DNA of 20,000 bases from an uncultured bacterium (GTDB taxonomy: Bacteria > CAYUVA01). Of the stretch, positions 8,791 to 16,571 are shown in pieces (position 1 is the stretch's first letter; every line of letters starts with the position of its first letter). The notes under the pieces were generated by a model that was given only the letters and a program-made list of their open reading frames with translations, made no database searches and was not told the DNA's origin. Location of the stretch: assembly GCA_964448115.1 (NCBI GenBank), contig CAYUVA010000004.1:114227-134226 (forward strand), read 5' to 3'. Both the position numbers and the translations under genes were made by a program.

Positions 8791-8874
8791 AGGTTCAAAT
8801 GGATTATGGGTTACCGGGAGCCTGGGAAGGATAACCGAGGCTATAACTATCCAGTTTACCCAAGGTTGCATGGT

Positions 8875-10185
8875 ATGAGGAAGGTTTTAACGATACTCAT
8901 CGCAGTATGTCTTGTACTGATCGCCGGGCTGTTTGCTGTCGGGCAGTACTTTTCCCTATGGAGTGGAAGCCTCCTGAAGCCGAAAAAGCAGGTAGATATA
9001 CATGTCGAGGTTCAATTACACGATGATGATTTAGCTCCTATTAAACAGCATCTCCCAAAGAAGTACGAGATTCAGGTTACCTCCACTAACATGGAGAAGG
9101 GATTTTCTGGAACCTACATGACCGACATGAATGGCGATCTAAAGCTCTATCTTTTTACTGGCAGATATTCTTTTAATATCGACCAGACCATAATCCTATC
9201 CCAGGGGGTTTTCAGGCTCTACAGCGACCAGCTTAATAAAATAAACCTACAGGAGGATGTGAAGGTCGAGATTCCGCTTTTGGTCGAGGAGGAAAAGGAT
9301 GCTGAAAGGTTGATGAGACTCATAGATAGATCCCTTGCCCAAGGCGCTCTTGAAGATGCGAAGAGGATCTGCGATATGCTTACATATTCAGGTTACCAGG
9401 ACATGGTGCAATCCAAGCGGATGATGATCGAGTCGCTATATGATATGTTGGCTCTGACCGAGACTTTACCTACCAACGCATACCTTTCATTGATCCGGAT
9501 TTATAACCACATGCTGAGAACACTAGAAAATCACCTTCCTGGGCTGCCAACTGAAGAGCTAAAGATATCTCACAGTAATAGATTGATCTACCTTCAGAAG
9601 CGAATCAATACGTTACAGGAGATTCGTCGCCAGATAATCGAACAACACCTGGATGACTTCGAGAGCTTCTATCAGATCAGGCTGTATCCGATAGCCGCTG
9701 CCCAATGGGTAAAAATAATAGATGACAATGAGCTTTACGATTTAAACTATAGCCTCGAGCAACCGGTACAGAGCCGGCTGCTCCAAACCAGTGAAAAAGC
9801 AAATAGAGCTATTGAAAAAACTAGGCATATATTATATTTCAGGCTAAATAGAGCCAAGGATTACTATCAACATGGGAGACTAGACAAGTCATTGGAGCTA
9901 TTCTACCAGATCGATGACATCCTTTCCAGGTTACAAAGCCTGTTTGCTTCAGAAGGCTATATAGAAAAGCAGTGCCGCTCTTATATTCAGGATATTCTTA
10001 ACACCTACCAGGGCGATGAGGCATATAACATAAAAAATTACGTTCAAGCCGAAGCCTATTACCGGCGCATAGAGAACAGAACCGCTAGAATAAACGGTAG
10101 GCTGAAAAGGCTGGAAGCCTTGAATAAAGAAAAATCAAAACAAGGCATTCAACCGGTTGAGGATGCTAATTACAGCTTTTTATAG
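8875..10185 (+). CDS. Hypothetical exported/membrane-anchored protein (beta-sandwich-like N-domain, helical TPR-like C-domain)
   Basis: ORF is open from 8806. ATG 8875 gives the signal/anchor MRKVLTILIAVCLVLIAGLFAVG. 'TDMNGDLKLYLFTGRYSFNI' resembles prealbumin/carboxypeptidase-regulatory folds. 'AKDYYQHGRLDKSLELF' and 'GDEAYNIKNYVQAEAYY' are TPR-like. Confidence 0.7.
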   Translation: MRKVLTILIAVCLVLIAGLFAVGQYFSLWSGSLLKPKKQVDIHVEVQLHDDDLAPIKQHLPKKYEIQVTSTNMEKGFSGTYMTDMNGDLKLYLFTGRYSFNIDQTIILSQGVFRLYSDQLNKINLQEDVKVEIPLLVEEEKDAERLMRLIDRSLAQGALEDAKRICDMLTYSGYQDMVQSKRMMIESLYDMLALTETLPTNAYLSLIRIYNHMLRTLENHLPGLPTEELKISHSNRLIYLQKRINTLQEIRRQIIEQHLDDFESFYQIRLYPIAAAQWVKIIDDNELYDLNYSLEQPVQSRLLQTSEKANRAIEKTRHILYFRLNRAKDYYQHGRLDKSLELFYQIDDILSRLQSLFASEGYIEKQCRSYIQDILNTYQGDEAYNIKNYVQAEAYYRRIENRTARINGRLKRLEALNKEKSKQGIQPVEDANYSFL

Positions 10186-10200
10186 GATCGGAATTGGTAA

Positions 10201-10971
10201 ATGAACAAAAATGTAGATGAAAAAAAGAGATATTATCTGTCAATAGTTATCCCGGCATATAATGAAGCCAAACGAATAGGTAGCACTTTGGAACATATAC
10301 TCGAATTCATGGCTAAAAAAGAATATGACTACGAGATTATCGTGGTCGATGATGGAAGCAAGGATAACACCTGCGAGGTAGTGAAAGAGAAAACAAGGGA
10401 CACAAAGGCGCGAATCCTGGTCAACGAGGTCAACCAAGGCAAAGGATATACGGTCAGCAGGGGAGTATTGGCTGCTGAGGGCGAATATGTCCTCTTCTCC
10501 GATGCTGATGAATCGACCCCTATCTCCGAGCTGGATAAGCTGATGGAGGCAGTAAAGCAGGGGTATGACATTGCCATCGGCTCCCGGGCGGTTGATAGAA
10601 GCACCGTCGAGGTGCCCCAAGCCTGGCTGCGCGACATGATGGGGAGAACCTTCAATCTCATCGTCAGGGCGGTGGTTATCGGTGGCATAAAAGATACTCA
10701 GTGTGGATTCAAGCTGTTCAGGGCTGAGGCGGCGAAAAAGATCTTCCCGCGACAAAGAATCACCGGCTTTTCATTCGATGTGGAGAGCCTATTTTTGGCT
10801 CGAAAATTCGGCTATAAGATCGTTGAGATCCCGGTTCGATGGATCAACTCACCCGCATCGACAGTTCACCCGATAAGGGATTCGGCAAGAATGTTCAGGG
10901 ATGTGCTTAGGATAAGGTGGATGGACTTAAAGGGGTTATATAACGATAATAATCCACAAAATAAGCGCTAG
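10201..10971 (+). CDS. GT2 polyprenyl/dolichyl-phosphate hexosyltransferase (Dol-P-Glc synthase/ALG5-like)
   Basis: SIVIPAYNEAKRI, VVDDGSKD, NQGKG, FSDADESTPISE, AIGSR, DTQCGFKLF, GFSFDVE, EIPVRW. Confidence 0.9.
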   Translation: MNKNVDEKKRYYLSIVIPAYNEAKRIGSTLEHILEFMAKKEYDYEIIVVDDGSKDNTCEVVKEKTRDTKARILVNEVNQGKGYTVSRGVLAAEGEYVLFSDADESTPISELDKLMEAVKQGYDIAIGSRAVDRSTVEVPQAWLRDMMGRTFNLIVRAVVIGGIKDTQCGFKLFRAEAAKKIFPRQRITGFSFDVESLFLARKFGYKIVEIPVRWINSPASTVHPIRDSARMFRDVLRIRWMDLKGLYNDNNPQNKR

Positions 10972-11012
10972 GAAACGCTAACATACTAGGTACGAAATAG
11001 ACTAGGGAGTTA

Positions 11013-14000
11013 ATGATGGGCGACCAAGATAATAATAAGACCAACCAACAGGGAGAGGTGAAAAGCTCGGCAAGGAGCAACCAGGGAGATAAAGCAAAGG
11101 CTGCCTTGGCAAAGAAGCCTACCGAGAGACGAATAGTTGCGACCTTGCGACCGGACCAGCTCTCCCTGATGAACATCTTCAGAGCCAACCGGTTTCTCAT
11201 TATTCTTGTAGGTATCCTTATCATTGCCTCCTTTGCCAGGCTGAACCATCTGGATGAGAAACCGTTCCACCATGACGAGAGCCTTTATTCCAAGTACTAC
11301 TGGCTGCTCTGGAAGGGGCATGGCTACGAGTACGATCCCATGCAGCACGGTCCCTGGCAGTTCCACTGGGGAGCTTTTATATTCTTTCTCTTCGGCGACT
11401 CGGACTGGACGGCGAGGCTGACCATCGCCTCGATCTCGATATTCTTCATCTGGCTATTATCTCGATTCAGACCTTTTATAGGGGAATCCTCAACCCTTAT
11501 CCTGTGTTCTCTCACTGCCATATCCCCGATAATGATGTATTATGGGAGGATGGTGCGTGAAGATCCGCACTTTTTGTTCTTCAATACCTTGCTTCCCTTG
11601 GCATATCTTTTCTGGCTGCGTACAAAGAAAAACATTTACCTGTACATTACCGTTGCCTCCTTCGCCATGCTCTACTGCATCAAGGAGAACGCCTTTGTCT
11701 CCACTTTAATATTCATTTCTTTTGCCGTGTTTTATGCGGTCTTCGAGACCTTCATAAAGAAGGAGGAAAGGGATAAGCGGCGCTGGACAAAGAAGTTACA
11801 AGAGGTCATAGTTCAGCATTCGTTCATAACCAAGCTCATCTTCGTGGTCGTATTATGGGGTACCTTCTTTTTCCTTTACGCCATCGGTCATATCAAGTAC
11901 AGCACCCTGTACCCGCTTTACAAGTGGGACAAGTATGTACAGACCTACTTCGGTGTCGTTTATGCGATCATTGCCTTCATCATAGGATATATGGTCTATA
12001 TCGGTGAGAAGGTAAGACTTGAGCGCAACAAGGAAAAATATCTTGGCTTACCGGCAGAGTTTTACCGTGATGGAAGAATATTCGCCATAGGCTTTGGCAT
12101 ATTCGTTGCGTTATGCGTTACCTTGTACACTTCCTTCGGCTCTAGTATCAAGGGATTTTGGGGGGGGGCTTTCAAGTGGTTCCCGTACTGGTGGAATCAA
12201 CATAGTATCCATAGGATCCAGGGACCCTTCCATTATTACATACCACACCTAGTGATCTACGAGGTACTTCCACTAATGGTCGTATTGGTGGTGTTGGCTT
12301 ACCGGATGTTAAAGGAGAAGTACTTCGCCCTGGCTTCGGTCTTCTGGCTGATAGTCTCCGCGGTGGTTGTACAGAGCGGCTGGGAGAAGCACCCGTTTTA
12401 CATACCTGATGCTCCTCAACTGTTCAAGACATGGCACTTTATGTTTCTTATATGGATACTTGGGGCGGGAACCTGGGCGACATTGACCTACTTCAGGGAT
12501 CGTCTTTATCTGCGAGCTTTCTTTGTCTGGTGGCTGGTAACTGCCTTTGCCATATACTCATACCTGCAGGAGAAGATCCCTTGGATGAACCAGCATATCC
12601 TGCTGCCCTTGATATTGCTTGCTGCTATATATATTGGAGATCTATTCAAATCAAAGCTCCCCGCGCCCTGGAGGGTTGCAGCCTGGGCGGGTATCTTTGT
12701 GCTTTCTCTTTACACGGTTCACAGCGCCTTCCTGCTCTCCTGGCGCAATGAGGCTGACCCCAGAGAGCAGATGGTCTATGTCCAGACCCATCCTGATATA
12801 TGCCTGATAGTTGATGAGATCGAGACCATAACCCGTCGCCTGGGCACTGGCAAGCAGACCAAGATATACATACAAGGCGACGCTGCCTGGCCGATGAGCT
12901 GGTACTTGCGCGACTACACCATCCCCTATGTAAGCGAGGTAACCACCGCTGATGCACCGATAATAATCTCGGACTGGGAGAAAAAGGATGAGTACCTGCC
13001 GCTTTTGACCGATTACATACCCAGAAGGCATCAGCTAAGATGCTGGTGGATACCGGAATGGAAGCACTTCTATGAGCCTAACGAGTCCTTCAATCACTTC
13101 ATGCGCAAGGTTATGCGTTACCTGCTCTACCGCGAGATGTTCCATCCGGAGATCTACGGCTCCAAGGATATAATCTTCTGGGTGCGCAGGGATCTCTACG
13201 AGTGGAACTGGAATAATAAGTATGGAGGACTTAAGACTACTGCCAAAACCAGGGAACAAACCACTGCCCAACAGGTTACCATACCAGAGGGACAGATCCA
13301 ACGAATAAAGCTGACCAGGTTGCTTCACTTCGGTAATCGGGGAGTCCTAGCCGGGCAGTTCCAGGAGCCTAAGGGTATAACTGTCGATAAACAGGGTAAC
13401 ATCTATGTCATTGACGGCAAATCGGCACGGGTACAGAAATTCTCCCCGCAAGGAAGGTATATTAAAGGTTGGGGTGAACCTGGAAAGGGCGAGGGTGAAT
13501 TTGATAAGCCATGTGGCATCTACTATGACCCGGTGCAGGATCTCGTCTATGTGGCTGATACCTGGAACCACCGCATCCAGGTCTTCGATACAGAGGGGAA
13601 ATTCCAGACCTTATGGGGCGACTCGACCATGTTCTGGGCGCCAAAGGATGTAATTACCGACAAATACGGCGATGTCTATGTTGTAGATACCGGCTATCAT
13701 CGCATCCACAAGTTCAACGGCAAGAACTACAAGGAGATAATCATCTTCGGGCAAAAGGGCAACAATGAGCGCGACTTCTTCGAGCCGGTCGGCATCACCA
13801 TCAAGGACAACACGCTTTACATTGCCGATACCGCAAACTCTGCCATAAAGGTCTATGATACCAACGGCAAGTTCCAGGCGAGCTACCCGGTGCCTGCCTG
13901 GACTGAGAATTACTATTCCGAACCGTACATTGCGGTTGACAAACAAGGTAACCTGCTGGTAACCGATGCCCCTGGAGCAAGGCTCATACTGGTCGATGCC

Positions 14001-14156
14001 AACAGCGGCGAGGTTCTCGCTTTCGCAGGCAAAAGGGGGGCTGACCCCAGCCAGTTCAAGGAGCCAAAAGGGCTTACCATCGATAATGATGGGAATATAT
14101 ATGTAACCGATATGCAGAACTTCAGGGTGATCAAGTTCGCTCCACTTAGCTATTAA
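11013..14156 (+). CDS. TIGR03663/Agl23-like GT-C-type membrane protein fused to a C-terminal NHL-repeat beta-propeller
   Basis: HHDESL after TM1, YDPMQHGP, ARL, R-ED, KEN, GPFHYY, EKIPW, VYVQT, WPMSWYLRDY and many TM helices. From about 13320 there are six NHL repeats (F.EPKGI.VD..GNIYV.D; ADTWNHRIQVFD). Confidence 0.85.
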   Translation: MMGDQDNNKTNQQGEVKSSARSNQGDKAKAALAKKPTERRIVATLRPDQLSLMNIFRANRFLIILVGILIIASFARLNHLDEKPFHHDESLYSKYYWLLWKGHGYEYDPMQHGPWQFHWGAFIFFLFGDSDWTARLTIASISIFFIWLLSRFRPFIGESSTLILCSLTAISPIMMYYGRMVREDPHFLFFNTLLPLAYLFWLRTKKNIYLYITVASFAMLYCIKENAFVSTLIFISFAVFYAVFETFIKKEERDKRRWTKKLQEVIVQHSFITKLIFVVVLWGTFFFLYAIGHIKYSTLYPLYKWDKYVQTYFGVVYAIIAFIIGYMVYIGEKVRLERNKEKYLGLPAEFYRDGRIFAIGFGIFVALCVTLYTSFGSSIKGFWGGAFKWFPYWWNQHSIHRIQGPFHYYIPHLVIYEVLPLMVVLVVLAYRMLKEKYFALASVFWLIVSAVVVQSGWEKHPFYIPDAPQLFKTWHFMFLIWILGAGTWATLTYFRDRLYLRAFFVWWLVTAFAIYSYLQEKIPWMNQHILLPLILLAAIYIGDLFKSKLPAPWRVAAWAGIFVLSLYTVHSAFLLSWRNEADPREQMVYVQTHPDICLIVDEIETITRRLGTGKQTKIYIQGDAAWPMSWYLRDYTIPYVSEVTTADAPIIISDWEKKDEYLPLLTDYIPRRHQLRCWWIPEWKHFYEPNESFNHFMRKVMRYLLYREMFHPEIYGSKDIIFWVRRDLYEWNWNNKYGGLKTTAKTREQTTAQQVTIPEGQIQRIKLTRLLHFGNRGVLAGQFQEPKGITVDKQGNIYVIDGKSARVQKFSPQGRYIKGWGEPGKGEGEFDKPCGIYYDPVQDLVYVADTWNHRIQVFDTEGKFQTLWGDSTMFWAPKDVITDKYGDVYVVDTGYHRIHKFNGKNYKEIIIFGQKGNNERDFFEPVGITIKDNTLYIADTANSAIKVYDTNGKFQASYPVPAWTENYYSEPYIAVDKQGNLLVTDAPGARLILVDANSGEVLAFAGKRGADPSQFKEPKGLTIDNDGNIYVTDMQNFRVIKFAPLSY
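12160..12168 (+). repeat. G9 homopolymer tract inside the TIGR03663-like gene (in frame)
   Basis: ttttGGGGGGGGGct encodes F-W-G-G-A; it is the longest G run seen in the window. Confidence 0.9.
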
Positions 14157-14174
14157 GGAAGAAGGAGGATCACT

Positions 14175-14198
14175 CAAAGACGCAAAGATGCAAAGAGG
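14175..14198 (+). repeat. Left arm of a long-range periodic inverted repeat, (CAAAGAnn)x3
   Basis: CAAAGACG CAAAGATG CAAAGAGG; 19/24 identical to the reverse complement of 16503-16526. Its end overlaps the likely RBS (GAGGTG) of the next gene. Confidence 0.7.
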
Positions 14199-14208
14199 TG
14201 GATAAGGA

Positions 14209-16410
14209 TTGTTCTTAGCTGAGGTTGTTACATGGTGGGGGATCATGCAGCTCTTCGCCATCGTCTCGCTCGGAATTTGCTGGCGTATCTTCGAGCATCT
14301 TTTTGATAGGGGGTATATCTACTCCAAGGTGGCGGGGCTTATTCTCTCCAGCTTTCTGGTCTGGATGATGGCTAGCCTGCACCTGGTCAAGTACTCGCTT
14401 GGCGCTATCTATCTGTCGCTGCTGATACTATTGGCAGTATCGGTCTATGCGATATTGCCGGAGCTCCCCAAATTCTTGTCATTCTTCAGCGAGAACAAGC
14501 GCCTGGTCATTGCGGTAGAGCTTCTGTTCTTCTTTGCATTTTTGCTTTACACCCAGTTGGGCGCCAGGATTGCAGCCATTGCCGGCACCGAGAAGTTCCC
14601 TGATTTCGCCTTTTTGAATGCGGTGCTCAAGAGCGATTATTTCCCCCCTTATGACCCCTGGTTCAGCGGGGAGCATATCAACTACTTCTACTTCGGGCAT
14701 CTGTGCATGGCGAACCTGATCAAGTTCTCCAGCATCGACTCAGCCAAGGGCTTCAACCTGGCTATCAATCTTCTTTTCGCCATAAGCTGCCTGGGGGCAT
14801 TTGCAGTTGCTTATAACCTGAGGAAGAAGGTCTGGGTTGGGCTGCTGGCGGTCATTTTCGTGGCAGTAATGGGCAACCTGGACAGCCTGTATCAGATCAT
14901 GTTCGAGAAGCCGGATGGCGGCTTCAACTGGTGGACCCCGTCCCGGGTGATAGTCAAGAAGGAGCTAGGTAACAACGGAAAGCTGGAGACGATCGATGAG
15001 ACGATCAACGAGTTCCCCTTCTGGAGTTTCCTGCTACGGGATCTGCATGCACATGTAATGGCGATTATCCTGGTTTTTTTCAACCTGCTCTTGATGCTGA
15101 ACCTGGTACGCTCCAAGCAGGCTTACCTGGGCATCTTCGGCCAGGGCAAGCGGCGATATATGAATATTGCGGTTATGGCTGTATCCTTTGGTGCTATCCC
15201 GATAATGAACATGTGGGAGTTGCCGACCTTTTATATTTTGCTTGCAGGGACGATTTTCATCGCTCATATAAAGATGCAGGATAATACGGATATACAAAAG
15301 GTCCTGCTGGGCAGCCTGGCAGCGCTTGCTATTGTGCTCATCCCTGCCAATATCCTGTATCTCCCCTACCATCTAAACTTCGTCCCCCAGTCCAAGTCGA
15401 TCCTTACCGTCCCCTTCAAGCATCACACCATATTCGGGCATTTTATTGCCATATATGGCTTCTTTCTATTTATAATAATCTCATATCTAGCGCTTGAATT
15501 TCACTACCGAAGGTCTGCAATTCCTCGCGATGAGCGCAAGTGGATACCGGTCATACTGGCAAATGGCGGTCTGCTGATGCTCTTGTTATTTCGCTCTCTT
15601 ATGATCACAGCATTGGTGTTATTGCTAATGCTGGTTGTATATCTTGCGTTGCATAAGAATACTTCCAAGGAGCAGCTTTGGATCTACTTCTGGCTCGCCT
15701 TGACCTTGTGTATCGTTCTAGGTCCTGAATTCATCGTGATCAAGGACTTTTACTCCAAGCATCTTCTACGCATGAACACCATCTTCAAGTTTTACTTCCA
15801 GGCGTGGATATTCCTCGGTTTGATCTGTGCTTATCTGGTAAGCGAGATACTGACCAAGCGCTTGAAGGATTTCAGCCAGCCGGGCACGCAGGTATGGATA
15901 TCCTGTTTTATATTGCTGCTGGCCATAAGCCTTATATTTACTTACATGGGACCCAAGCGCAAGCTGGAGCAGCATTACACGGAGCCGACCCTCAACGGAT
16001 TGGAGTACTTAAAAACATGGTTTGCAGATGACTACGCAGCCATCAACTGGTTCAAGCGCAATGTTCCCGATCCGGTGGTGATACTTGAGGCGACCGGCGA
16101 GGCATTCTCGCACTATTCGAGGATATCGGCTGCAACTGGTCTCCCCACACCACTAGGCTGGCAGAACCACGAGTCTTTATGGCGCGACCAGAGCTGGCAC
16201 AGCACCGGGCAGAGGTATAACGATGTAACCGAGATATACAACACCACCGACTGGAAGCGAGCGCAGCAGCTCATGGATAAATATAACATCCGCTATGTCT
16301 ATGTGGGCAACCTGGAGAAGGAAAGATACAAGCCAGAGGGGCTAAATAAGTTTGCTCGGCATCTGCCGGCGGTGCACTCCGAGGCGGGAGGGGTGATCTA
16401 TGCCCGATAA
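14209..16410 (+). CDS. DUF2298 / Chlor_Arch_YYY (TIGR03662) integral membrane protein, putative GT-C-like transferase
   Basis: DRGY..SK, GTEKFPDFAFLNA, PPYDPWFSGEHINYFYFGH (variant of YYYxG), GNL, WWTPSRVI, TINEFPFWSFLLRDLHAH, RMNTIFKFYFQAW, TGLPTPLGWQNHE, YVYVGNLE. TTG start. Confidence 0.88.
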   Translation: MFLAEVVTWWGIMQLFAIVSLGICWRIFEHLFDRGYIYSKVAGLILSSFLVWMMASLHLVKYSLGAIYLSLLILLAVSVYAILPELPKFLSFFSENKRLVIAVELLFFFAFLLYTQLGARIAAIAGTEKFPDFAFLNAVLKSDYFPPYDPWFSGEHINYFYFGHLCMANLIKFSSIDSAKGFNLAINLLFAISCLGAFAVAYNLRKKVWVGLLAVIFVAVMGNLDSLYQIMFEKPDGGFNWWTPSRVIVKKELGNNGKLETIDETINEFPFWSFLLRDLHAHVMAIILVFFNLLLMLNLVRSKQAYLGIFGQGKRRYMNIAVMAVSFGAIPIMNMWELPTFYILLAGTIFIAHIKMQDNTDIQKVLLGSLAALAIVLIPANILYLPYHLNFVPQSKSILTVPFKHHTIFGHFIAIYGFFLFIIISYLALEFHYRRSAIPRDERKWIPVILANGGLLMLLLFRSLMITALVLLLMLVVYLALHKNTSKEQLWIYFWLALTLCIVLGPEFIVIKDFYSKHLLRMNTIFKFYFQAWIFLGLICAYLVSEILTKRLKDFSQPGTQVWISCFILLLAISLIFTYMGPKRKLEQHYTEPTLNGLEYLKTWFADDYAAINWFKRNVPDPVVILEATGEAFSHYSRISAATGLPTPLGWQNHESLWRDQSWHSTGQRYNDVTEIYNTTDWKRAQQLMDKYNIRYVYVGNLEKERYKPEGLNKFARHLPAVHSEAGGVIYAR

Positions 16411-16427
16411 TGGAAGGAAGGAAAAGG

Positions 16428-16491
16428 ATAACATCCACAGATTTACACAGATTTATGCAGGGAATATATCTGTGTCATCTGTAGATATTAT
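16428..16491. repeat. Imperfect long hairpin built from ACAGAT periodic units
   Basis: Arm ATAACATCCACAGATTTACACAGAT (16428-16452) versus ATCTGTGTCATCTGTAGATATTAT (16468-16491), with a 15-nt loop. Flanked by purine-rich and pyrimidine-rich tracts that may extend the stem. Confidence 0.8.
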
Positions 16492-16502
16492 TTCTTCTCT
16501 TT

Positions 16503-16526
16503 CCTCTTTGTGTCCTTGTATCTTTG
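16503..16526 (-). repeat. Right arm of the long-range periodic inverted repeat
   Basis: CCTCTTTG TGTCCTTG TATCTTTG; reverse complement CAAAGATA CAAGGACA CAAAGAGG matches 14175-14198 with 5 transitions. Confidence 0.7.
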
Positions 16527-16543
16527 TGGTTAAAAGCCCCTTT

Positions 16544-16564
16544 GCCAACCGCCAATCACCAATC
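16544..16564 (+). repeat. Heptamer tandem repeat (RCCAAYC)x3
   Basis: GCCAACC GCCAATC ACCAATC just before the ATG at 16572. Confidence 0.6.
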
Positions 16565-16571
16565 TAATTAA

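Noticed and set aside
8649-8874. CIRCE/HrcA or sigma-32 heat-shock element for hsp20-lon
   Set aside because: No TTAGCACTC-N9-GAGTGCTAA; the CTTGAAA at 8762 faces the other way and lacks a CCCCAT -10.
8806-8874. Longer N-terminus for the exported protein
   Set aside because: ATG 8875 gives a typical signal/anchor start; the extra 23 residues are unsupported, though not excluded.
10186-10200. GATCGGAATTGGTAA as an inverted partner of the 16544-16564 heptamers (a third nesting layer)
   Set aside because: The match is too short and degenerate to distinguish from chance.
16428-16564. Possible CRISPR array or integron attC site
   Set aside because: No repeat-spacer periodicity and no cas or integrase gene in the window; canonical RYYYAAC/GTTRRRY ends were not identified.
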